From positions 1,426,001-1,490,000 of the forward strand of contig JBHGNT010000004.1 of NCBI GenBank assembly GCA_043228905.1: 64,000 bases of DNA. Direction: 5' to 3'. The translations under genes and the position numbers were made by a program. Below are positions 50,574 through 63,710 of this stretch, one piece after another (within the stretch, counting starts at the first letter, position 1; each line of letters starts with the position of its first letter). Origin of the DNA: Azolla caroliniana (lineage: Eukaryota > Plantae > Polypodiophyta). The notes under the pieces are model-generated. The model searched no databases, had not been told where the DNA came from, and saw nothing but the letters and a program-made list of their open reading frames with translations.

Positions 50574-52081
50574 GTAATCATTGTCTCGTAGTTAGTGTCA
50601 GTAGCACGTAAGAATATTGAAGTACCTGTCAGTCCTTTATGGACTTGTATAAATAGTGTTGTTTAACACGTTGTATGTACTGAGTTATAGAGTATTTTCA
50701 TTTGTTTGAATCTACGCTTACGTTCTGCTCTCTAAGTTTCTCCCACGTATACTCTTTGTATACTAAGATTCTCCATTAAACCTTCATCTTATTCTCTATT
50801 GTTATCCGACTGAGCCGATTCTGTCTAACGCTTCCGCACGTTTACATTCACGAAGATTTTGTACTCGAGTGGAATACATTGTAGATCCTCCACTCCCATG
50901 TTTGTTTAATATAGGACTTACACGTTTGTACCTATATTCTACTCACAGATGTGCACCTTTGCACATGAGATGTATATATACCTCATTGTGGGTATTTTTG
51001 TATTTGATGATGCTTTTTAATATAGTTAATCATCCCCCGTCTTGTCTCGTTGTTCATAAGTGTTAACTTCATCTCTCTCCTCCTCTCACACACATACACA
51101 CACACAAATAAAATAACCTTCCGCTACTTAACTACTCACATAATTAGTCACTAATTATCCCTTGCCTAATTACCTAATTCTTAACAGATCACGCAACCTA
51201 GGTTTTGAGTTGCATCATGGAATCAAAATGAACCAAATATAAAGGCATGTAAGGTAGGCAAGGAAGGACCAATAGAGGATAAGTATTGCTTGTTTTTTAC
51301 ATGCTCTGCATATAGTGCAATTCGTGAAAACTATATGATGATATATTAAGAGGGGTGATGACTTGAGTGGTACGCTAAAGAGAACAACTCTAGAAGGTTG
51401 AGCTCATATGCGTGTGTCGTATTCACACATTGAGACTTGGAGCTTCAAAGTATGAATATCCCTTATTAGGAAGGATACCCAAATCAAGAATACTTTTGTA
51501 CTTAGGTTCCATGGGTCATTATTTGCCTCTCAATGGGCACTAAAAATATCTATCTATCTATTTGTATAATTATCATAAGCATCCTAGTAAAGTGCTTGCT
51601 ATCAATCAATATAAAATGTCGTCCTTGACATTGTCGTAGATGTTTACCATTCAATCAATACACCATAGCTCTCAGGTTGAAATATTATCCAACACGTGTG
51701 ATCCTCCGCGGAGATATTATCCAACGTAGTAGTATGGCATGTTCACGAACCAACTTGGGGAATGAACTTTGTTACCAAAGCCAAGAACAACATTAAACAA
51801 GTTCATCAAGCACTGCACAAAAAGGGGTCGACGCAAGAAACATAACAAAACTGGACATGATGTGTGCCCTGTTCTCGCTACCCCTATTACTCTTTCGGCA
51901 ACAGATTATCTCACGAGGTTGCCCTTATCTTGTTGACCGTAGGTCATGAGTTTATGATGGTTTTAGCGAACTTATACTCTATAAATTAAGCCAATGAGAT
52001 TATATTGACCTTTGTTTGAGAATAGGATAGATATAAGTCTTTGACCATCGAATTTACCGAAGAAGAGGTTGTCCCTTCCAT

Positions 52082-52803
52082 CATAGTACGTAACATAGAT
52101 TGACATATTCGCATTCGTGGTATTTCCCAATTGAATGCAAACGAATACGAATACGAATGGGTGGTCAAGTATTCATTTGACTCAAAAAAGAAGAAGAAGA
52201 GAGTACATAAACTTATCTATTTTAATTTCATAGGATAAAAAAAAAGGAACTTGACAATAAATAGGGATAATAAAAGAGGGACTTGACACTACTCAAATTT
52301 TTATAATAAATATGTATCTTATAATTATAAGTATTCGTTTTATTTTTAATAAATGAATAAAACAAAATAAAAGTTCATTATTTTTTCACTTTTTATTCTC
52401 TCAAAATTTATGGCTATTTTTATCTTGACATTAAAAATAGGACTTCAAAGTTCACACTAATCATATTTTTATAATAAATATAAAAATATTTATTAAAAAA
52501 AAATTAATTAATTAAAATAAGTTTCATAAACTCTCCAGCTGACATTATAATCTATTAATGAATAATTGCTCTTTTTTTGGTGAAATAAATTTATTTAAAT
52601 AAAAAAAAATTTAAAATTTTTATATTTATTTTGCAAAACGAATGGTTTTATAATTCTTGGGGCGATTTCGTATTCTCAAATATTACGAATATCACGTATG
52701 TGTCAATCTATGGTACGTAATATACTTGAATGAATTAGCAAACGTTACTTATTTTCGGACGAATTCAAACGAATGCGTATGTTATCAAAACATTCGTAGC
52801 TAT
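52082..52803. mobile_element. Degenerate MITE resembling the 26560-27212 family, upstream of RadA
   Basis: Starts catagtacg, has subterminal attcg/cgaat repeats at both ends and an AT-rich core. The TSD is not resolved. Confidence 0.45.
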
Positions 52804-53136
52804 TTTTTTTACACTTTTTACCTTAAAAAGAAATCTACCTTATAAATTATAATAAATAATGAGTACAAAAGAATGGTATTTTACCATAGAGTGTTTACCA
52901 TACGAGAAGGATTGAGACAGTCTCGAATGCGAATGCACGTATGGTGCGTATGGTTCAGACCATGCGGGCTTCGATGATATATACAGTGTGTGTATATGTA
53001 TATGTATACAGTATATACATATGCTCCCAAGTTTGAACAAAACCCTGTGTGTCTCTGTCTGTACAGATTTTGGTTGTAAATCGTAATCGATCTCTCTCGC
53101 GCGCGCGAGAGAGAAGACGCAGAAAGACTTCTGAGT

Positions 53137-56004
53137 ATGCTTCGTTTACTTCTGATCAGGAGTCCGATGCTCTCCTCCTTCCCTCCTTCCCTTTCTTCTT
53201 CTTCTTCTTCTTCTTGTTTCCATTACTCGTCTTCCTTCCCTTCTACTTCCTGTTCTTCGGCCCCATCGCATCCTCAAACACAAGAAGCAAAGCTAATCCT
53301 GTGCTTCGCATCCTGCAACTGCAGAGATTTCTCTTCTCCAGGTTCGTCTTCTCTGGCGTCAGGTTCTTCTTCTCGCTTCAAGTATCCATGTAAGTGCATC
53401 TCCTCTTCCTTCATCGAGCTTACCTCTCATTCGTACTCCCTAATTCATCATCATCATCATCATCACCATCGAGTACCACATACTAGACCTTCTCTGACCG
53501 CCTCTCCTTCGCGCCATTTTTACTCTCATCTTTATCCTCTTCCTCTCCATCCTCCTTCGTCTGTTTGCTGCTTCTCAAGTTTGATTGGAGATTCAAACAC
53601 TAACAACTTCAGCGATGGAGTTCTTCGAACATCAAAGAAATCGTCATCGAAAGCTACTCGAACAGTCTACGTATGTGATCACTGCGGTGAATCATTTGCT
53701 CAATGGTGGGGGAAGTGCAACTCTTGCAAGATGTCAGGAAGCCTAAAGAAATTAATACACAGAGATATAGATGAAGAAGAAAGAGGAGGAGGAGGAGGAC
53801 CTGGTCTGAGAGCAGCAGAAATGTTTGCATCCAATGATAAAGCTTCAAAATTCCCTGAGAGCTATAGATCTTCTCAGATGAAGCTTCAAGAAGGCGTGTT
53901 TATTGCAAACAATGAATCGTTTGTTGCAAAAAATGACTCTTCTATTGTAAAGAATAGTTCAGAGAAGCATCAGACTAGAAGAAGTTGGTTGCTATCAGGT
54001 TCAGGCTTTGGTCCTAGACCGCTTACTGACGTTTCAAGGGGCAATTCAGAGGCCGAGTGGAGGATTCCCTTGTAGGTTACTATTCTCTTTCTCTTTCTTC
54101 TTTTAATTGGAAAAATTGACATTTATGAAGAATGGCCAGTGTGCAGCACTTGTTTAGCTTGAGCCTTGTACATACCCAGGCTGAAGAACAATAGAATTTT
54201 GCTGGTTTTGTATTTGGTTCTGTTGTATCAAGGAAGCCTAAAATCACATGGTATTGCTCAAGGAAAGCTTTATTGTATAATGCTTGGCTGTTGAATGATG
54301 TGTTTTGCTTGTTATGGATATGGCGACTCTTGAATTTTATCAGGTAATATCTTTCAGGTATAACTGAAAACTAATCCACTTTAACATATGCATTCTAGCT
54401 GGAAATGCACACCATCATCTGTTTCCTTGAATGATTGTTCGATAGCACCAAACCAGCTGATGTGAAATGAATATCCTTCGATTGAAAGCATTCAAACATT
54501 TTCTCTCCATGCATACAGAGCACCTGGTTGAATAAGATCCCATTGGTGTATTTGTCGCTGTAACATAGAGAGCTTTAAAAATACATGAGATGCCACCTTC
54601 ATTGATTAAAGCTAAATAGGTGTAGGAGTTACTTAGTTGCACGCCTATTTTATACTCAAGACGAATTTTCTTTTATCCTTCATGGGCAGGTTCTTTGTAT
54701 TGGTATGGGTTTGTCTGTTTGTTTCTCGCTAGACTTTATGATAGCAAGTTTTACATTCAATCTTGAGATGTGATGGAATTTGGTTCAAAGTTCTCTTATG
54801 AACCTACTCCTACCTCAGGCACTAATACCATTACGAGGGATGCCATATTAACTATCCCAATTGCAGATGATGAGAAAGTTAAAAACTTTTCATGGTGTAA
54901 TTGAGTATGAAATAAGAACTCTCATGATTACATGACACTTTGTTTGGGAACGAGGTTCTTTACTTGTCTTTTGTATAACATGGATCAGAGTGCTATTTAG
55001 TGAGGTTCTGTAGAATGCTGGTGATAGCTGGATAAAATTTTTCTTGGTAGGGTTGGATCAACTGGCATGGAAATAGCGAGGGTTTTGGGTGGTGGTCTTG
55101 CTCCAGGTAGGTCTTAATCGTATATTTCTATTGAACCACAGGTTCACAAAAAATCATTTACAGAAGTTCTGGTGGCCACCACTATTTTAGCTGATATTTC
55201 AGAATGATCTAATAATGCAGGTTCAATTATCTTGGTCGGAGGAGATCCTGGTGTTGGGAAAAGCACACTTCTTTTACAGGTTAGTGTCAATTAAAAAATG
55301 ATTAAAACTTGGAAAGCACTTTACATGATTAGAAAGTTTTTAGTTTTTCATTTTATGAATGTGACATTATCGTGGTACACTTCATGAACAGTTATCTGGG
55401 ATGCTTGCTGAGGGTTGTGAATTTTATGATCGAGCACCAGTTCTATATGTGTCTGGTGAAGAGGTGAGGCTATTGTCATGCTCAATTTAAATCTTGGCAA
55501 AAATATGTGGATTTTTTTCTTTTTTGCTATCGCCGCTTTAAAGAGAGCCTTGATTGAAGGCCTATTTACGTATTTTTTGTATGAAAATTAGCAATGTCCT
55601 ATAGCTAATATAATAGGGAAAATCTCTGAAAAATCTGAGTTAATCACATTTCATCAAATGCCCTTAATTTTTGTTATTTCCTCAAATGCTCCCAGTCAAC
55701 TGACAAAAGAGATAAAAGAGACAAGCTGATCATATAGTTGTGCAAATAGCACATAGGCTCTTTCTAGAGTTAACTCATGGGCATTTGGTGAAATAATGAA
55801 TAACCATGGGGTATTTCAGAGTTTTCCATTCTCGTAATATCTATAACTCCTTCTGCATAATTATCATACACATTCCTCATGACATAGATTGATGTCTTCC
55901 ATGCCATTCTTTAATTGCAGAGTGAGGAGCAGATCGGCAGTCGAGCTGACCGCATTGGCATTTCATCCAGTGAACTTTACCTATATTCAGCTACTGATCT
56001 CGAG
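53137..56004 (+). CDS. RADA: DNA repair protein RadA/Sms homolog, organelle-targeted; exons 1-5 (gene continues beyond the window)
   Basis: Exons 53137-54071, 55051-55106, 55221-55279, 55392-55463, 55921-56004 (GT-AG, in phase). Ser-rich N-terminus, C4 finger YVCDHCGESFAQWWGKCNSC, EIARVLGGGLAPGS, Walker A GGDPGVGKSTLLLQ, and LYVSGEESEEQIGSRADRI. Confidence 0.95.
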
Positions 56005-56445
56005 GTTTAGTTTGATCTACCATTAATTGTTAAATCATTAATTCAATTATCCTTCAGGCCTTCATTAACAGTTGTGTTTACTGCTGTAATGATGAAACAC
56101 ATATGGAACAATCTATTGGTGCCACTAGGAATTGGCAATGGCTCGGCTCAAGCCTAAATTGTTTCGCTAAACCGGCTTTGCGGCTTGGTTTGGCTTGAGC
56201 CTTGCCAAACCGGCTCAAACTGGTTAAGCCGTTTATGTGATTTAATAGTTAGGTTAGAGAAAAACTTAAAAGTTAGAAATTAGACGGTTAGAAACTTGAG
56301 AGAGAGACCGACTCACTGAGAGGAAGCCATAGCCATAGGCAACAACTGTTGAATTAGAAACTAGAGTGACGACTCACGAGTCTCCACACAGACGTCAGAG
56401 AGGGAGAGGGAACCGGCATATTACATAGTGGACGATGACGACCTC

Positions 56446-59400
56446 TGAAGGCAGCACGAGGATTAGGGTTTAGGTCAAAAACAGAGAGGGAGAGAGTCTG
56501 AGTGAGAGAGAGAGATGCACGCTGTCTTGGGTACAAAAGAGTGTACCTCTTTTTTGGTTTTTAGATATTATGTATATACAACTCAAAAGTGTGCTACGAG
56601 TGCGTTCACATTCGTGCACTAATAAAAGGCACGATGGCCCTTTATTCCCAACAACCTCCCAGCTAAAGGCAATGTGCCGTGAGAAGAAAAAAACAAAAAA
56701 AAAGTCAGCTAAGTCCAAGTATGTACAAAGCTGAACTACATACATACATCTATCCAACTCCCATCATCTGTTGGCAATGAGCAAATCGCTCAGCTGGAAG
56801 ACCCTTAGTGAGAAGATCTGCAGGATTGTTATTTGTATGTACTTTGACAAGCTCAATGTTCTTGCTGTCAAGTACATCTCTGATGAAGTGATACTTCACC
56901 TCTATGTGCTTCGTCTTTGCATGAAAGACGGGATTTCGAGCTAGCATGATAGCACTCTGGCTGTCACAATGAAGAATAGGTAACTCTGTAATGCCAAGAT
57001 CTCTCACTAGATATGAAAGCCATAAAGCCTCTTTGCATGCCTCAGTGGCAGCAACATACTCTGCCTCTGTAGTAGACAATGCAACACACTTCTGTAGTCT
57101 GGAGATCCAAGAGACCGCTCCTCCTGTGAAAGTAAACACATACCCAGAAGTAGACTTCCTGCAGTCTGCGTGACCAGCATAGTCCGCATCCGTAAAACCA
57201 ACGACAGATGCCTTTTGCTTTCCAAAGCAAATACACAAGTCCTTTGTGCCTTTGAGGTATCTCATAATACCTTTCACCGCTTCCCAATGCTTTTTGCCGG
57301 GATTTGCCATATACCTACTAACCACTCCCACTGCAAAGGCAATATCAGGGCGTGTAGCAACCATTGCATATATCAAACTGCCAACGGCAGAAGCATATGG
57401 ATCCTTAGCCATTTCAGCCTTCTCATCATCAGATGTAGGGCTTTCTTCTGCACTGAGTTTCAAATATGGAGGCAATGGAACCCCAATTGTTTCCCCCCCC
57501 TCCATATGGAAACGCTGCAAAACCTTAGAGATATACTCCTGTTGAGATAGAAAGAGTACCCCTTTCGATCGGTTTCGGAGTATTCGCATGCCAAGGATGT
57601 GATTTGCATCACCAAGATCCTTCATATCAAAGCTGCCATGAAGGCTTTGCTTCAATGAATTCAAGGCATGAACATCCTTGCCAACAATCAACATATCATC
57701 AACATACAAAACCAAGATAATCAGGCTGCCATCTCCTGCCTTCTTGGTGTACAAGCAATGGTCCACTTGACTTCTACAAAAACCTTGAGACTGCATAAAT
57801 GCATCAAATTTATGATACCATTCTCTTGGTGCTTGTTTCAACCCATACAAACTCCTTTTGAGCTTACAAACCATCTTCTCTTTGCCTTTAGTGACAAAAC
57901 CTTCAGGCTGCTGCATATATATGTCTTCATGCAGATCGCCATGTAAAAAGGCAGTCTTCACATCCATCTGTATGAGCTCCATATCTTCAGCTGCAACTAA
58001 GCCCAAAATGATTCTTAATGTAGTCATCTTGACTACAGGCGAGAAGATCTCATCAAAATCAACTCCATATTCCTGCTTGTATCCTTTTGCAACCAATCTT
58101 GCTTTGTACTTTGGCGAGGAATCAGAAATGACCTTCATTTTATAAACCCATTTGCATGGAAGTGTTTTCTGCCCTTTAGGCAATTGCACCAAATCCCAAG
58201 TATCATTTTTCTCAAGAGATTCCATCTCTGACAACATGGCTTTATACCATTTCTTATTGTCCTGTCTGTCCATTGCTTCCTTGAAGCAAGTCGGTTCGCC
58301 ACAATCAGTTACCATGACATAATCAGCCACATTGTTTGCATCAAGAACAAATCTGTCAGGCTGTCTAGTAACTCTAGACGATCTCCTAACCCAATGCTCA
58401 TTGTTTGGTAGCTGTTGAGCCTGCAAATCATCATTTCCAATTTGCAGTCCAGGCATTTCAGCCTGCAAATCAGCATTCACAGCCTGCTGTTTTTGCTGTT
58501 CCTGCACATTTGGTGGCTCATCATTATTGGCAAAGACTGGCTGATCATTTCCAACCTCATTTTCTGCATTTGCAGGTAATTTTACAGCAGGTGTTTGCTG
58601 CTGTACAGCGGGCACATTTTCCTGTCTAAAAGGTATTTCTTCTCGGAATACAACCCTACGTACTTCCTCAGTCTTTTCGGGTTGTTTATGCATGCGATTT
58701 TCCCGGAAGATAACATCATTGCTGCGTACTATTTTTCTTTTCTCAGGATCCCACAATCTATACCCCATTTCACCCTCGTCACCGTGTCCTAGGAAAATAC
58801 ATTTGCAGGACTTTGGCTCAAGTTTGTTGCGTTGTTCTTTACGAATGTGCACAAAAGCCTCACAGCCAAACACTCTCAAGTGAGCATATGAAGGTGGCTT
58901 GCCCGACCACGCTTCTTGGGGTATTCCCCCTCCCAAAGACCTGTTAGGTGACCGATTAATCAAGTGAACAGCTGTCATAACAGCCTCTGCCCAAAAACCA
59001 TGGGGTAACGCAGCATGAGACAGCATAGTATGGACCTTATCTTGAATAGTCCGATTCATACGCTCTGCAACTCCATTTTGGGGTGGATTATAAGGGGCAG
59101 TGAGTTCCCTCTTTATCCCTTTGCTGTCACAAAATGCTTGAAAAGCCTTGGACACATATTCCCCACCATTGTCAGAGCGAAGACACTTAAGTGTCTTATT
59201 AATTTGATTCTCAACTAATGCCAAAAATGTTCGAAATTTGTCGAGCACTTCATCCTTGCTACGAATAGGGTAAACCCATACCTTCCGTGTAGCATCATCG
59301 ACAAAAGTGACTAAGTATTTCTTTCCCCCTAATGATAGCCCTGGCATTTGACATACATCTGAATGTACTAACTCAAGCGGGGACGACTTCAGCGAAAGAG

Positions 59401-61205
59401 ACTTTTTATGAGATGTTTGTACATGTTTACCATAAATGCAATGATCACAATGTTCAAAATCAGCATAACGAAGACACGGCAAGTAACCCAAACGAGAAAG
59501 TACTTTCATACCAGTTTCACTCATGTGTCCCAACCGGCCATGCCACAAAGAAACACTAGGCTGCTCGGTTATGGCAACAACATGGTCACTCACACTAGAT
59601 ACATGGAGAGGATACAAAGTATCACTTTTACTACCCTTGGCAATAACTCTAGATCCCTTACAAATCTTCCATTTCCCATCACCAAAGGTTGTGTGAAATC
59701 CATCATCATCTAGCTGTCCTGTGCTAATCAAGCTCTTCTTGAGCTGAGGTACATGCCGTACATGCCGAATTGTGAAAGCAGAACCATGCTGAAACTGTAA
59801 TTGCACAGTGCCAATACCTGCAATTTCACATGCGGCCTCTTTGCAAATCTGAAAACCACTCACGATGAGGGGTGACGTGAAAAGAAGCACCGGAATCGAG
59901 TATCCAAGTGTGCATGTCACCATCCGTATTTGCAAGTAAAGCATGTTCTCTATGGCATGATGAAACATAGAGTACATCATTTCCACTATCACTATCATGA
60001 GTGACTACATTCACCTCTTCACTTTTAGTATTGCCTTTCCTCGGTTGAGTGTCTCTCTTTTCTTCTATGAAATCATCTATCTTCTTGCCCTTTCCTTTCT
60101 CTTTCTTCCATTTGAAACAATCACGTTTAAAGTGACCCTTTTTGCCACAGTGATGGCATTCTACATCTTTACCACGTGATTTACTACGGCCATAACTATC
60201 AAATTTGCCTCTTTGTTGTGACCTACCCCTCATATGCAACACACTAGAGGACTTATTGGATGCATTATTTTGCTGACTCATCTCTTCCATGAGTAGAGAA
60301 CTCTCTACATCAGCATAAAGAAGCATCGCATTTGAATTGCTCATAGCAGTCCTGAAAGTATCCCAACTTTCTGGCAAGGTGCAAAGTAAAAACGTGGCCT
60401 TAAACTCATCATCAATGATGAATTTCAAGGCAATCAACTGGCTGAAAATGGAATTGAACTCACTCAGGTGAGTTGACATGGGTGTGCCCTCTGTCATACA
60501 CAAATCCATAAGTTTCTTAAGCCAATAAACTTTGCTAGCTGCCGTCTTTTGGGCATACAGTTCCTCTAGTCTAATCCATATAGAATAGGCGGAGTCCAAA
60601 CCTTCGATATTAAAAAGCAAGGCATCAGAAATTGACAACTCAATAGTCGAGCGTGCAAGCTCATTCAACTCTTGCCAATCATCTTCATCCATATCTATAG
60701 GCTTTACCCCTATAGGCTTTGCATGCTTCTTTTGCAGCAGGATGTTGTAGCACTGCTTTTTCCAAACTGCAAAGTTATGTGCACCCTCAAGCTTCTTGAT
60801 GTGCATAAGGTGGCTACTTTCACTGCTGCTAGTCATGATTTTAGCCCAAACGAAGGACCAAACCTGCACTGCAAAAAACGTGACCTGCTCTACAGAAACC
60901 CTAATCTTTGCTCTGCAGAAAACCCTAATCTCTGCTCTGCAGAAAACCTTAAACTCTGCCTGCAGAAAACCCTAAACTTTTCTCTGATACCAGTTTGAAG
61001 GCAGCATGAGGATTAGGGTTTAGGTCAAAAACAGAGAGGGAGAGAGTTTGAGTGAGAGAGAGAGAGATGCACACTGTCTTGGGTACAAAAGAGTGTACCT
61101 CTTTTTTGGTTTTTAGATATTATGTATATACAACTCAAAAGTGTGCTACGAGTGCGTTCACACTCGTGCACTAATAAAAGTCACGATGGCCCTTTATTCC
61201 CAACA
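56446..61205 (-). mobile_element. Near-complete Ty1/Copia element; LTRs 56446-56653 and 60996-61205
   Basis: LTRs of about 208-210 bp with about 5 substitutions. PBS tggtatcagag (minus, 60982-60992), PPT gctgggagg, flanking direct repeat acgacctc. Confidence 0.95.
56750..60836 (-). pseudogene. Copia gag-pol polyprotein with a frameshifting deletion in the protease (about 59830-59860)
   Basis: CHHCGKKGHFKRDC and WILDSGASFHVTPHREWF, then a frame switch to LWHGRLGH, RSDNGGEY, YKARLVAKG, YVDDML and TKHIEVKYHFIR. Confidence 0.9.
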
Positions 61206-62109
61206 ACGACCTCCTGCAGCCCGCAGCCAACACACCTTCAGGTAATCACTGACATTGTTTTAATCACTGATTCAACGATCCTCTTCGGCACTCCCGACCT
61301 TTAAGTTCTTTGATGATGGCCGTTGATCTCTTTCCGTGATGATCTTCTTCGATAGTAGCCACTGATATTTTCCCCCAATTTATCTAGCCAAAAATTGGGT
61401 CTATGTGGCATGCCCATGACAGGCCAAGCTTAGTTTCCAGCAATTTATCCCACCCAAATTGCTGCTCAAAGCAAACACTTCTTGAGTGCCAAGAATGTGA
61501 AAGATGTATACTTTCCTTTTCTCTAATTATATAATGCAATGGTGGCTTCTTGGGTTGAATCATTGGAGGTTTTTGTATACAATTATTATCCAACGGGAGA
61601 ACCCCAGAGAACAAGTCATCATATGAGCATAGCATACTCTCTTTTTCTTTTTCTTCTTCTTCTTCAACGCAATCATTTTCCTTACCTTTTATGGCTTCCC
61701 TTTTTTACCTGCTACAACGGATTCATTTTCCTTACCTAACATATTGGATTGATTTGTGGGAGGAGGAGAGGAGGGAGGAAGAGAGAGAGAGGTTCATAGA
61801 GACGAGGCCGAGTGAAGAAAGCTCAGATTAAGGTGGCTATGGTGGCAAGGCCGAGGGCAAGCCATGTCCATGTGCTAGAAAGCAAGGTGTCTTGTAGAAG
61901 CAGGGAAATTGGCATGCATGTCTCCATAGCCATCATATATTTGTATCTGAGATGATGGTGGTCGTGGTGCTAATGATGATGTTGTTGAGGAGGGGAAGAA
62001 GAATAATGGTGAGGTGCACAAACCAGTTTAGGGATCGGTTTGATTTTGTTTGGTTCAGGTTTCAGAACTCCAAAACGGTTTAGGCTTAACCGGTTTACCT
62101 TGGATAAGG

Positions 62110-62331
62110 CCAAACCGGTTAAGCCCAAATCGAACTGTTGCCGATCCTTAGGTGGCACAATGAAATGGATTCACACTTTGCAGTTGATTGACATGACATA
62201 CTAGAAAACTAGAGCAGTTCCCAAACCGGTTAAGCCTAAACCGAACTGTTGCCGATCCCTAGGTGGCACAATGAAATGGATTCACACTTTGTAGTTGATT
62301 GACATGACATGCTAGAAAACTAGAGCAGTTC
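62110..62331. repeat. 111-bp tandem duplication spanning the hAT right TIR and flank
   Basis: ccaaaccggttaagcc...gccgatcc.taggtggcacaatgaaatgg...ctagagcagttc occurs twice. Confidence 0.9.
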
Positions 62332-62410
62332 CACATGGGATACTACATTTATTGCTGAGCATTGATGGCTTGATTAGGGGATGTCAACACTATGTGTGAA
62401 GCTTATGCTT

Positions 62411-62601
62411 AATGAAGCTTATAATCTTTACTGTCTTGAGACGGCCTACTCAAGAGCTGCAACGAAGATGTGGCGCACATGTGCTAGAATTGTGTTTTGC
62501 TATGTGCGAACCTTACTCATAATGAAGCTCATAATCTTTACTGTCTTGAGAAGGACTACTCGGGAGCTGCAGTGAAGATGTGGCACACATATGCTTGAAT
62601 T
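62411..62601. repeat. 110-bp-period tandem duplication
   Basis: aatgaagct.ataatctttactgtcttgaga at 62411 and 62521. Confidence 0.85.
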
Positions 62602-63436
62602 ACGTATTACTTAAATTTTCATTCCATCTTTCGACCATGTAAGAGCAAAATTTAGCTTTTGTTTGTAGAGATAGACGTCTAAATCTTGCAAAGAGGTAAA
62701 ATGTTTGTCCATGTTACTCCCTCTTGGAGAACACCTTTGGTTACTCTTCCTGAGTAATCGGGTCAAGGAATCGTGGTACGTAAGAGACTCAAGATCACGA
62801 CGTACTAACGAGCTCGGATCGGATCATTTACAGAGAATACGATGGACACATTGCGGAATCGGCTACAACCGATTTGTAATTACTTCCGACACAGACCAAA
62901 CGAGATGTAGATATAGATATATAAAGATGAGACACATAGGACTTATCCACAAAGTATATAGGTGCATTCGATTGATGTAGCATACAAGTATATAGGTGCA
63001 TTCGATTGGTTCGTTTCACACTTGTCCCACCGGGTAACACCTGGCATGCCCGTGGGACAGTGTCTTGCACATCGAACCCAAAAACATCGACCAAAAATCG
63101 AAGGTCCCAAAAAAAATCGAAAGAATTCTAATGTACATCACTCTTCCAAAATGGGCAAAAGGCCTGCCGACTGCTTTGAGTCCTCAGGTTTGTCAATGAC
63201 TTCGGTCGAGAGTTCGGTCCGGTTATTTGGTGCCACAGTTATGGGTTGCTTGTCTAGCACTTATTCCTCTGTAGTGATTTGCTCCAGGGGTTTGGGAGGT
63301 GTGTCCTCTTGGTCGGCCTGTCGGTTAGCCGATCGTTGTGCTCCTGTTCTTGTTCTTTTGCGTGACGTATCAGGTCCTCGGGTCCCTGTGTTGGCCCTTG
63401 CTTTGGCGTGCTTTTGTGGGAGGCTTCCTGTTTTCC

Positions 63437-63710
63437 CTGTGTTCGTTGTTGACCATACGGTCATGACAAGGAGTGCGGAATGGTAGATCATCAGTGGGTA
63501 GAGGCCTAGATGTAAGAGAATGTTCGTTGTTGACCGTACGGTCATTACAAGGAGTGCGGAATGGTAGATTATCGGTGGGTAGAGGCCTAGATGCAAGAGA
63601 GGTTTAGGGGTTTAGGGGTTTAGGGTTTGTTTAGGGATTAGGGATTAGGGTTGTTGACCATATGGTCGTGACAAGGATAGCGGAATGGTAGACATCGATG
63701 GGTAGAGGAA
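63437..63710. repeat. About 84-bp tandem units interrupted by telomere-like (TTTAGGG/ATTAGGG) repeats at 63601-63652
   Basis: gttgttgacc.ta.ggtc.t.acaagga...gcggaatggtaga occurs three times; ggtttaggggtttaggggtttagggtttgtttagggattagggattaggg. Confidence 0.85.

Larger units (their letters stand above)
36999..50850 (+). mobile_element. Ty3/Gypsy LTR retrotransposon: 5' LTR 36999-38032, tRNA-Trp PBS, gag-PR and RT-RNase H; interrupted by Copia; integrase and matching 3' LTR missing
   Basis: 12-bp terminal inverted repeat tgtcgtgaagat / atcttcacgaca and PBS tggtgaacccgacgtga at 38041. ORFs are listed separately. The right boundary is uncertain. Confidence 0.85.
56126..62150. mobile_element. Non-autonomous hAT-type element in RadA intron 5, hosting a Copia insertion
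   Basis: TIRs taggaattggcaatggctcg / cgaactgttgccgatcctta resemble the 15728 MITE; TSD ggtgccac / ggtggcac (8 bp, 1 mismatch). Confidence 0.8.

Noticed and set aside
51100-52050. Retroelement integrase relic
   Set aside because: Too degenerate to assign boundaries or family.
1-56004. PPR + SUVR + RadA as a functional gene cluster, or RadA as bacterial HGT/contamination
   Set aside because: The genes have unrelated functions and are separated by TEs. RadA has spliceosomal introns and a transit-peptide-like N-terminus and is a standard plant gene.
38145-60179. Numerous short antisense or overlapping ORFs in the track
   Set aside because: They are shadows of GC-richer retrotransposon coding sequence, with no independent evidence.
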